Below are positions 17,394-25,267 of a stretch of 64,000 nucleotides of DNA, piece after piece; position 1 is the stretch's first letter; each line of letters opens with the position of its first letter. The position numbers were made by a program, and so were the translations under genes. Location of the stretch: positions 4,256,001 through 4,320,000 of the forward strand of contig OZ255842.1 of NCBI GenBank assembly GCA_965277805.1, in the 5' to 3' direction. Below the pieces are notes generated by a model, which saw nothing but the letters and a program-made list of their open reading frames with translations, was not told the origin of the DNA and did not search any database. This stretch comes from Candidatus Lustribacter sp. (lineage in GTDB: Bacteria > Vulcanimicrobiota > Vulcanimicrobiia > Vulcanimicrobiales > Vulcanimicrobiaceae).

Positions 17394-19262
17394 CTAGCCT
17401 GCGGGGACCGGGGTGCGTGTCTCGGGGCGTCGGTGCAGCATGACGCTTAGGACTGCGACGTCGGCTGGGGTGATGCCGGGGACTCGAGCGGCTGCGCCGA
17501 GGGTGCGCGGGCGGATGCGCGAGAGTTTGTCGCGGGCTTCGAGCGAGAGCGCGGGGATGGCGCGGTAGTCGAAGTCTTCGGGGACGTGGTGGGCTTCGTC
17601 GGCGGCGGCTCGGGCGATGGCCGTTTCCTGGCGGCCGACGTAGCCGGCCATCTTGATTTCGGTTTCTAAGCGGTCGCCGATGTGCTGGGTTACGTCCGGC
17701 AATTCGGTTGCGACGTCGTTGAATCGCACGTCGGGGCGGCGCAGGGCGCTTTCTACTGTCGATCCGGGGGGCATGACGGCGGTGCCGATGGTGCGGCCGC
17801 CGATTTTTTTGCGGCCTGCTGCATGACGGGCGGCTTCGATCGCTGCTTGTTCTTCGAGGTAGGCGTTCCAGCGTTCGTCCGTGACGAGGCCGATTTTGCG
17901 GCCGATGGGGGTGAGGCGCTGGTCGGCGTTGTCGTGGCGGAGGATCACGCGGTGTTCGGCGCGTGAGGTGAGCATGCGATAGGGTTCGTCGACGCCGCGG
18001 GTGACGAGGTCGTCGATCAATGTTCCGATGTACGATGTCTCGCGTCCTAAACGCAATGCATCTTTGCCGGCGGCTCGGCGTGCGGCGTTGATTCCGGCGA
18101 TTAAACCTTGGGCTGCGGCTTCTTCGTAGCCTGACGTTCCGTTGAGTTGGCCGCAGTGAAAAAGTCCAGTAATTCTATGGGTTTCTAAGCTGTTGTCGAG
18201 TTCGGTGGGTGGGACGAAATCGTATTCGACGGCGTAGCCTGCGCGCAACATTTTTACGTTCGCGAGGCCGGGTAATGTTTGCAGCATCGCGAGTTGCACT
18301 TCGGCGGGCAACGATGTTGAGAAGCCGCCGACGTAGAGCGTTGGTTCGTCCCAGCCTTCGGGCTCGATGAAGACTTGGTGGGTTGGGTTGTGGGCGAACT
18401 TGATGACCTTGTCTTCGATCGAGGGGCAGTAGCGCGGGCCGATGCCGCGGATCAAATCCAGGCCGTAGAGCGGGGAGCGACGGAGGTTCTCCCTGACTAT
18501 ACGGTGTGTATCGTCGTTGGTAAGGACGACCCAGCATGAGAGCTGGGGGCCGGCGAACTCCGGCTCGCGGCCGAACGTGAAGCCGAGCGGGACGGCGCTC
18601 GGGCGCTGTTCGCTCATGGCGCTGAAATCGACCGACGTGCGGTCGATGCGCGGCGGGGTTCCGGTTTTTAGGCGGCCCAGCGGGAAGCCCAGTCGCGCGA
18701 GCGTTGTCGAGAGTCCGAGCGCGGGGGCTTCGCCGAAGCGGCCTTCGGAGCGCACCTCGTCGCCGCGGAACGTCTTGCCGCCGAGGAACGTGCCGGTGGC
18801 CAGCACGACGTTGGGGGCGCGCAGCGTGCGGCCGTCGCCGAGGATGACGCCGGCGACGGCGCCGCCGTCGAGCAGCAGATCTTCCGCCATGCCACTGACG
18901 ACGGCGAGGTTCGGCGTGCGGGCGAGGACGGCGCCGGCGGCACGCACGTAGCCGGGTTTGTCGGCGAGGATACGCAGCGCGCGGACTGACGGTCCCTTCG
19001 ATTCGTTGAGAAAGCGGGCGTGCAGTGAAGTTGCATCCGCGACGCGCGCCATTTCGCCGCCGAGCGCGTCGATCTCGCGCACGAGTTGGCCCTTGGCGCT
19101 GCCGCCGATCGACGGATTGCAGGCGAGCGTGCACACGCGGTCCGGATCGCCGGTAACCAGCAGCGTTTCCGCACCAAGCCGTGCCGCCGCGAGAGCGGCG
19201 TCGAACCCCGCGTGACCGCCGCCGACGACGATCACGGCGGCATCGTGACGCGGTGAATTCAT
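17394..19262 (-). CDS. mnmG: tRNA modification enzyme MnmG (GidA)
   Basis: VVGGGHAG, CNPSIGGSAKG, RLKTGTPPR, GPRYCPSIEDK, GQLNGTSGYEEAAAQG, EPYRMLTSRAEHR; ATG at 19262. Confidence 0.97.
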   Translation of the reverse strand: MNSPRHDAAVIVVGGGHAGFDAALAAARLGAETLLVTGDPDRVCTLACNPSIGGSAKGQLVREIDALGGEMARVADATSLHARFLNESKGPSVRALRILADKPGYVRAAGAVLARTPNLAVVSGMAEDLLLDGGAVAGVILGDGRTLRAPNVVLATGTFLGGKTFRGDEVRSEGRFGEAPALGLSTTLARLGFPLGRLKTGTPPRIDRTSVDFSAMSEQRPSAVPLGFTFGREPEFAGPQLSCWVVLTNDDTHRIVRENLRRSPLYGLDLIRGIGPRYCPSIEDKVIKFAHNPTHQVFIEPEGWDEPTLYVGGFSTSLPAEVQLAMLQTLPGLANVKMLRAGYAVEYDFVPPTELDNSLETHRITGLFHCGQLNGTSGYEEAAAQGLIAGINAARRAAGKDALRLGRETSYIGTLIDDLVTRGVDEPYRMLTSRAEHRVILRHDNADQRLTPIGRKIGLVTDERWNAYLEEQAAIEAARHAAGRKKIGGRTIGTAVMPPGSTVESALRRPDVRFNDVATELPDVTQHIGDRLETEIKMAGYVGRQETAIARAAADEAHHVPEDFDYRAIPALSLEARDKLSRIRPRTLGAAARVPGITPADVAVLSVMLHRRPETRTPVPAG

Positions 19263-19314
19263 AGCAGCATTACGTTCGCGGGGATCGCGGCGACCACTGC
19301 ATAAATCGCGCAGT

Positions 19315-20265
19315 ATGCAGCGGAACGGCTTTCTCTCGGCGCTGGGAGCGCTGTGCGCGGCGGGCGCTCCACGCGCTGCGTTCGCCGCCACTGCGCCGGT
19401 GACGATCCGCGCCGCCGCAACGCTCGACGACGACGCAACGCCGTTCATCTGGGCCACGCAAAACGGAAACTTCAGCCGCAACGGCATCGACGCATCGATC
19501 ACGCGCGGAACGAGCGGCGCGGCCATCGCCGCCGGCGTGATCGGCGGCGCCTACGAGATCGGCAAGTCGAGCATCACGACGCTGTGCGCGGCGCATGCCC
19601 GCAACGTTCCGCTGGTGTGGATCGCGCCCGCCGGCGAGTACGACAGCACGATGGCGATGCGGCTCGCCATGATCGTGAAATCCGATAGCCCGATCAAGAC
19701 CGGCGCCGACCTCAACGGCAAGACGATCGGAGTGTCGGGGCTCAACGACATCTTCTCGCTTACCTCGCGCGCGTGGGCCGACAAGAACGGCGGCGATTCG
19801 TCGACAATCAAGCTCGTCGAGATCCCGATGGCGCAGGCCGGGCTGGCGGTGGAAGCGGGACGGCTCGATTGCGCCGTCGTCATTCAACCGTTTTTGGATG
19901 CGGCGATCGCGGGCGGGAAAGTGCGCGTGCTCGCCGATCCCAACAGCGCGGTCGCGCCGCGGTTCATGCAAGCCGCATGGTTCACGTCGGCGGATTTCGC
20001 GGCGAAGAACCCGGCCGCGATCGACAGCTTCATCCGCGTCATGCGCGACGCGTCGACATACTGCAATAGCCATCACGCCGAAACGGCCAAGCTGCTATTG
20101 AGTTATCTCAACATCACGGTACCGCTGAACTCGCGCATCCTGCTCGGCGTGCGCTTCAATCCGGATCTGATCCAAACGCTGATCGACATGCAAGTCCGCT
20201 ACAAAATGCTGCCCGCACCGGTGAACGCGCGCGACTTGATCTACCCCGCCGCTCTCCGCGCCTGA
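19315..20265 (+). CDS. ABC-type substrate-binding protein (SsuA/NMT1-THI5-like), no adjacent permease
   Basis: Export signal MQRNGFLSALGAL...AAFA; SPIKTGADLNGKTIGV, GGDSSTIKLVEIP, FAAKNP motifs. Confidence 0.85.
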   Translation: MQRNGFLSALGALCAAGAPRAAFAATAPVTIRAAATLDDDATPFIWATQNGNFSRNGIDASITRGTSGAAIAAGVIGGAYEIGKSSITTLCAAHARNVPLVWIAPAGEYDSTMAMRLAMIVKSDSPIKTGADLNGKTIGVSGLNDIFSLTSRAWADKNGGDSSTIKLVEIPMAQAGLAVEAGRLDCAVVIQPFLDAAIAGGKVRVLADPNSAVAPRFMQAAWFTSADFAAKNPAAIDSFIRVMRDASTYCNSHHAETAKLLLSYLNITVPLNSRILLGVRFNPDLIQTLIDMQVRYKMLPAPVNARDLIYPAALRA

Positions 20266-20275
20266 GGAAATGTGA

Positions 20276-21550
20276 ATGCTCTCTCACGCTGACAATGAAC
20301 GCCTCACCCGGGTTGGGCCCGGTACGCCGATGGGAACGCTCTTCCGGCGCTACTGGCTGCCGGCGCTCTTGGCCGAAGAGGTGCCCGAACCCGACGGCGC
20401 GCCGGTCCGCGTGCGGCTGCTCGGCGAAGACTTGGTCGCGTTTCGCGACAGCGCCGGCAAGGTTGGATTGATCTCGGCGTACTGCCCGCACCGGCGCGCA
20501 CCGATGTTCTTCGGGCGCAACGAAGAGTGCGGGCTGCGCTGCGTCTATCACGGCTGGAAATTCGACCGCAACGGCGCCTGTGTCGACATGCCGTCCGAAC
20601 CGCCGGATTCGCTGTTCAAGACGAAGGTCACGATCGATGCCTACCCGACCTGGGAAGGCGGCGGCATGATCTGGGCGTACCTCGGGCCGCCGGAGCTCAA
20701 GCCGGAACCGCCGGGTCACGAACTCGTGCGCACCGCGCCCGAGAACCGCTACGTCTCCAAATCGCTCGAGGACTGCAACTTCTTGCAGGCGCTCGAGGGC
20801 GGCATCGATCCGACGCACGCGACGATCATGCACAACGGCAACATCGGGGACCGCACGTTCCTCAACGACTACGACAAGCTCGTTGCCGAACTGAACCTCG
20901 ACCGCACGGATTACGGCTTCACCTACACCGGCATCCGGCCGCGCGGCGCGCACACCTGGGTGCGCGGTTATCACTGGATCATGCCGTCGTTCCACATGCG
21001 CGCCCGCTCCGAAGGCAACTTCGGCCGCAAAATAGATCACGACGAAATTCCAACAATCGACGGCCACATCTGGATTCCGATCGACGATACGCAAACGTGG
21101 GTCTACAATTTCGGCTACTCGCACGATCCCGCGCAGCAGCTCTCGCGCGAACAAGCTCACGTGATCGAAACGCGGCTCGGACGCGGCGATTATCTCGATG
21201 CGAACTACGTCTCGCGGCTCAATCGCTCGAACGATTACGGCATCGATCGTCAGCGTCAGAAAACGCAGTCGATGACCGGGATCGAGGGCATCAACACGCA
21301 AGACTTCGCGCTGCAAGAGGGCATGGGCACGATCGTCGATCGCTCCAAAGAGCATCTCGGCACGACCGATCGTGCGATCATTACGCTGCGTCAAATCTTG
21401 CTGGAATCGCTCGACGCGCTCGACCGCGGCGAAGACCTGCGCGCGATCGATCCGGCAACCTACCGCAACGTGCGCTCCATCGATCGCATGGTCGACAACA
21501 CCCTCGACTGGCGCCTCGCCACCAAAGAAGACTTCGTTGCACGATATTAG
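20276..21550 (+). CDS. Rieske non-heme iron oxygenase, phthalate 4,5-dioxygenase-like alpha subunit
   Basis: N-terminus LTRVGPGTPMG-LFRRYW; Rieske CPHR...CVYHGWKF; mononuclear Fe ligands DPTHATIMH and QDFALQE. Confidence 0.92.
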   Translation: MLSHADNERLTRVGPGTPMGTLFRRYWLPALLAEEVPEPDGAPVRVRLLGEDLVAFRDSAGKVGLISAYCPHRRAPMFFGRNEECGLRCVYHGWKFDRNGACVDMPSEPPDSLFKTKVTIDAYPTWEGGGMIWAYLGPPELKPEPPGHELVRTAPENRYVSKSLEDCNFLQALEGGIDPTHATIMHNGNIGDRTFLNDYDKLVAELNLDRTDYGFTYTGIRPRGAHTWVRGYHWIMPSFHMRARSEGNFGRKIDHDEIPTIDGHIWIPIDDTQTWVYNFGYSHDPAQQLSREQAHVIETRLGRGDYLDANYVSRLNRSNDYGIDRQRQKTQSMTGIEGINTQDFALQEGMGTIVDRSKEHLGTTDRAIITLRQILLESLDALDRGEDLRAIDPATYRNVRSIDRMVDNTLDWRLATKEDFVARY

Positions 21551-22526
21551 GGGAGACGCCACGCCGCTGCTTGCGGTCGCGATCGGCGATCCGTCGGGCG
21601 TCGGCACCGAAATCACCGTCAAGGCACTCGCCACCGGCGAGCCGCAGCGGCGCAGCCGCGTCATGCTGATCGGCAATCACGACGGCATCGTCGAGACCGC
21701 GCGCACGGCCGGCCTCGATCTACGGTTCGAGCGCGTCGCGGATGCGGCGCAGGCGGGCGCGTTGCCGGGTGCGGCGATCCCCGTCTACGACGACGGCGCG
21801 GTCACGCTGGGTGACTATACCGTCGGGCAGCCCAGCGCCGCCGGCGGCCGCGCCACGGCGGGCTGGATCGCGCGCAGCGTGGCGTGGGCGGAGGCGGGCG
21901 CGATCGACGGCTTCATCATCGGGCCGGTTGACAACAGCTCGTTCAAGCTGGCCGGCTTCGCCAAATCTCCGCCCGGCATGAACCCGGCCAACTCGTACCT
22001 GCTGCGGATGTCGGGCAAGCTGCGCTTCATTCCGCTGGGCGAGCACGTCATGATGCGCGACGTGCCGCCGATGGTCACCACGGCCAAGGTGCTCGAGGTC
22101 ATCACGCTGATCGGCAAGACCCTCACCGGCTGGGGCGTGTCCAATCCGCGTATCGCCGTGGCCGGGCTGAACCCGCATGCCGCGGGCAGCGAAGATGCCG
22201 AACAGATCGCCCCGGCGGTCGCCGCCGCTCAAGCCGCCGGTCTCGACGTCAAAGGCCCGCTCTCGCCCGATACCGTCTTCCGCCGGGCGCTCCACGGCGA
22301 GTTCGACGTGGTCGTGGCCATGTATCACGACCAGGGCCAGATCGCCATCAAGACGACGGGCTTGGAAGAGGCCTGCGCCATCTTCATCGGGCCGCCCTAC
22401 GTCCGGGTCGGCACGCCCCACGGCTCGGCCCTGGACATCGCCGGCCAGAACAAGGCCCAGTTCGGCACGATGCTGACCGCCCTGAACGCCGCCTCGTCGC
22501 TCGCCGCCGGCCTCGGCCTCTCGTAG
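21537..22526 (+). CDS. PdxA-family dehydrogenase (possibly TphB-like decarboxylating dihydrodiol dehydrogenase)
   Basis: AIGDPSGVGTEI, GLNPHA, GPLSPDTVF, AMYHDQG, HGSALDIAG; probable TTG start overlapping the Rieske stop. Confidence 0.88.
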   Translation: MHDIRGDATPLLAVAIGDPSGVGTEITVKALATGEPQRRSRVMLIGNHDGIVETARTAGLDLRFERVADAAQAGALPGAAIPVYDDGAVTLGDYTVGQPSAAGGRATAGWIARSVAWAEAGAIDGFIIGPVDNSSFKLAGFAKSPPGMNPANSYLLRMSGKLRFIPLGEHVMMRDVPPMVTTAKVLEVITLIGKTLTGWGVSNPRIAVAGLNPHAAGSEDAEQIAPAVAAAQAAGLDVKGPLSPDTVFRRALHGEFDVVVAMYHDQGQIAIKTTGLEEACAIFIGPPYVRVGTPHGSALDIAGQNKAQFGTMLTALNAASSLAAGLGLS

Positions 22527-22544
22527 GCGCGCGATTGGGGGGTG

Positions 22545-22567
22545 TCCCTCAACAGGCTCGGGATGAC
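22545..22567 (-). repeat. Short REP-like palindromic unit, family B
   Basis: Minus strand reads GTCATCCCGAGCCTGTTGAGGGA; intergenic; similar to 391-413. Confidence 0.4.
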
Positions 22568-22665
22568 GTGGGGCACTTCTTAGGGTCGCCCCACGGGGCT
22601 TGGAGGAAAGCCTAACTCGCCAATTAAACGCCCCTAACTATGAGCAGCCCGGCGAGTCCCCGTTC

Positions 22666-22878
22666 GTGATCGTCTGTATGTGCAATGCCCTGGGCGAGCG
22701 CCAAATCTGCGCCCAGCGCGATCGCGGCGTGGCCACCGCCCGCGACGTCTTCAAAGAGCTGCAGTGCGAGCCGCGTTGCGCGACCTGCGTCCCCGAAATC
22801 GAAGACATCTTGTCGGCGAAGGCGTTTCTGCCGGTCTATCAATCCTCGCCGAATTCGCCGGCCGCGGATTGCAGATAA
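22666..22878 (+). CDS. bfd: Bacterioferritin-associated ferredoxin (Bfd-like [2Fe-2S])
   Basis: GTG start, MIVCMCN...CEPRCATCVPEI (CxC-x31-CxxC), adjacent to bfr. Confidence 0.88.
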   Translation: MIVCMCNALGERQICAQRDRGVATARDVFKELQCEPRCATCVPEIEDILSAKAFLPVYQSSPNSPAADCR

Positions 22879-23321
22879 TTCGGTTCGCCCATCTTTTGGG
22901 CCAGACCGAGTTGCGTTTCGAGATAGTCGATATGCTCTTCGGAGTCAACCAGTATCTTCGTCGCGATCTCCCGGCTGACGTAGTCTTTTTCGCGTTCGAA
23001 CAGCTCGATCGCGGCCGCCGTGTCGTTGCGCGCCACCGTCTCGAGCTTCAAATCCGCGCTCAGCGTTTCGAGCACGTTCTCGCCGATGTGCAGTTTCCCG
23101 AGGTCCTGAAAATTCGGCAGCCCGTCCAACAGCAGAATGCGTTCGGTGAGTTTGTCGGCATGTTTCATCTCGCCGATCGACTCGTGGTAGATCTTTTCGC
23201 CGAGCGCCGCAAAGCCCCAATGCTTGAGCAGCCGCGAGTGCAAGAAGTACTGGTTGATCGCGGTCAACTCGTTGTAGAGCATCTTGTTGAGCGCCGCGAT
23301 GATCTCCGGGGGTGCCTGCAT
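22839..23321 (-). CDS. bfr: Bacterioferritin
   Basis: NELTAINQYFLH, ESIGEMKHADKL (ferroxidase ligands plus heme Met), RILLLDGLPN, SEEHIDYLETQL. Confidence 0.97.
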   Translation of the reverse strand: MQAPPEIIAALNKMLYNELTAINQYFLHSRLLKHWGFAALGEKIYHESIGEMKHADKLTERILLLDGLPNFQDLGKLHIGENVLETLSADLKLETVARNDTAAAIELFEREKDYVSREIATKILVDSEEHIDYLETQLGLAQKMGEPNYLQSAAGEFGED

Positions 23322-23371
23322 CTTGAGCCTCCGATTCCTGCGCCGACGCCCTTCGCGAAACGGGCGGCATA

Positions 23372-25252
23372 ATGCTCTGCGTCCGCCGCATCCTGATCGT
23401 CGCGTTTTTTATTCTATCCGCGTGTCTTGCGCACGCCGGCGCCGCCTTTGCCGACTTCGACAACGCACCGCCGCCGGGCATCAATCCCAATACAGTCGGT
23501 ATGCAGCCGCTCGTCGCGCCGTTGCCGGTCGCCACCGCGGCGCCGGGCGAGTCCCCGCTGCGCCCGCGCGAAGATGGTTCGTTCGATGCGATCCCGCTCG
23601 TGCAGGGCAATCAGAAAACGTTCACGCTCGTAGAACGCTCCGCGCCGTGGACGCTCAAGCCCGGACTGACCGTTCTCGCGACGACGTATAATGGCGTCGT
23701 TCCAGGGCCCGTGCTGCAGGTGAACGAGGGCGATCGCGTCGTCATCAATTACACCAACGCTTCGGACACGCCGGACACGATCCACCTGCACGGCATTCAC
23801 GAGATCCCGGTCTCGATGGACGGTGTCGGCGGCATCTCGCAACCGCTCGTGCAGCCGGGCGGCCACTACCAATACCGCTTTACCGCCGACACGCCCGGCA
23901 CGTTCATGTATCACACGCACGGCAACGAAGCGCAGCTCGATAAGGGACTCTACGGCGCAATCGTCGTGCTGCCGCGCCATCCGCGGCCCGAAGAAGCGAA
24001 TACGAAGCACGACTTCGTCGAAATGCTGACCGGCTGGCACATCCAGAGCACGGCGGAAAATCACTGGACGATCAACGGCAAAGAATATCCGGCGACGCAG
24101 CCGATGAACGTAAAAAAGGGCGAGCGCTTCCGCATCCGCTGGATCAGTTTGACCGCGGAAGACACGCACACGATGCACACGCACGGTCACTACCAAGTGA
24201 TCATCGCGCGCGATGCGCAACCGGTCGAGACGCACGACGTAATGGACACGGTGCCGCTCGCGCCGGGCCAGCGCGTCGACGTCGTCGTCACCGCCAACCA
24301 GCAGCCGGGCACGTGGCTCGTGCACTGCCACGTCATGGATCACATCGAAGACGCGGGCGGCATGCCGGCGGGCTTGATCACCGCGATCCAATATGCGGGC
24401 GCGCCCAATCTTCTAACGGCCATGGGCCCGGCGATGTCAGTCGGCATGACGATGCCGGCCGGGCCCAAACCGCTCGACTTCACGACGACCGTGATCCTCG
24501 GCCTGATCGCGGGCTTGACGATCTTCGTCGGCTTGCCGATCGCCCGCACGTCGAAGCTCTCGCCGTACAAAGTCGGCCTGCTCAACGCGCTCGCGATCGG
24601 CATCCTGCTCTACCTCGTCATCGAGATCGCGCAGAACGCGATCGGTCCGATCTCGCAAGCGCTCACGTCGTGGCACAACGGCGTCGGCAGCTTCCCCTAC
24701 GCGCTGCTGGCCGTCTTCGTTGCGGGTCTGCTGATCGGGCTCGTCGGGCTCGGCAGCTTCGCGACGATGCTCACGAAACGCGCTGCCAAACGCGCTGAAA
24801 ACCCGCTGATTCTCTCCGCGATCATCGCGATCGGCATCGGTGCGCACAACTTCGGCGAAGGCCTCGCCATCGGTGCATCTGCCGCATCCGGCGCGACGGC
24901 GATCGCGATCGGCTTGATCGTCGGCTTCGGGCTGCACAACGCAACCGAAGGCTTCGGCGTCGCGGCGCCGCTGATCGGCAAGTACGTGCCCAGCTGGACG
25001 CAAATCGGCCTTGCCGGCCTGATCGCGGGCGGACCGACGTTCCTCGGCACCGTGGTCGGCTACTCGTTCAACTCGCCGGTGCTCTCGGTGCTCTTCCTCT
25101 CGATCGCGATCGGCGCGCTGGTCTTCGTCATCGGCGAATTGTGGTCGGTGCTCAAACACACCGGCCTCACCGCGATGGCCACGACGTGCATGACGATCGG
25201 CTTCCTGATCGCGTTCGCGACCGAACTCTTTCTCGACATGCAAGGCGGTTAG
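23372..25252 (+). CDS. Fusion of a two-domain multicopper oxidase and a ZIP-family metal transporter
   Basis: Signal peptide; Cu motifs TIHLHG, MYHTHG, HTMHTHGH, HCHVMDH...M; then about 8 TM helices with HNFGEG and HNATEG; one uninterrupted ORF. Confidence 0.9.
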   Translation: MLCVRRILIVAFFILSACLAHAGAAFADFDNAPPPGINPNTVGMQPLVAPLPVATAAPGESPLRPREDGSFDAIPLVQGNQKTFTLVERSAPWTLKPGLTVLATTYNGVVPGPVLQVNEGDRVVINYTNASDTPDTIHLHGIHEIPVSMDGVGGISQPLVQPGGHYQYRFTADTPGTFMYHTHGNEAQLDKGLYGAIVVLPRHPRPEEANTKHDFVEMLTGWHIQSTAENHWTINGKEYPATQPMNVKKGERFRIRWISLTAEDTHTMHTHGHYQVIIARDAQPVETHDVMDTVPLAPGQRVDVVVTANQQPGTWLVHCHVMDHIEDAGGMPAGLITAIQYAGAPNLLTAMGPAMSVGMTMPAGPKPLDFTTTVILGLIAGLTIFVGLPIARTSKLSPYKVGLLNALAIGILLYLVIEIAQNAIGPISQALTSWHNGVGSFPYALLAVFVAGLLIGLVGLGSFATMLTKRAAKRAENPLILSAIIAIGIGAHNFGEGLAIGASAASGATAIAIGLIVGFGLHNATEGFGVAAPLIGKYVPSWTQIGLAGLIAGGPTFLGTVVGYSFNSPVLSVLFLSIAIGALVFVIGELWSVLKHTGLTAMATTCMTIGFLIAFATELFLDMQGG

Positions 25253-25267
25253 CGCCGCCGCGCGCAC

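Noticed and set aside
20156-21676. 506-aa minus-strand ORF, and similar long antisense ORFs at 29242-30528, 41356-42876 and 52020-53570
   Set aside because: Mirror frames of well-supported genes, caused by codon bias.
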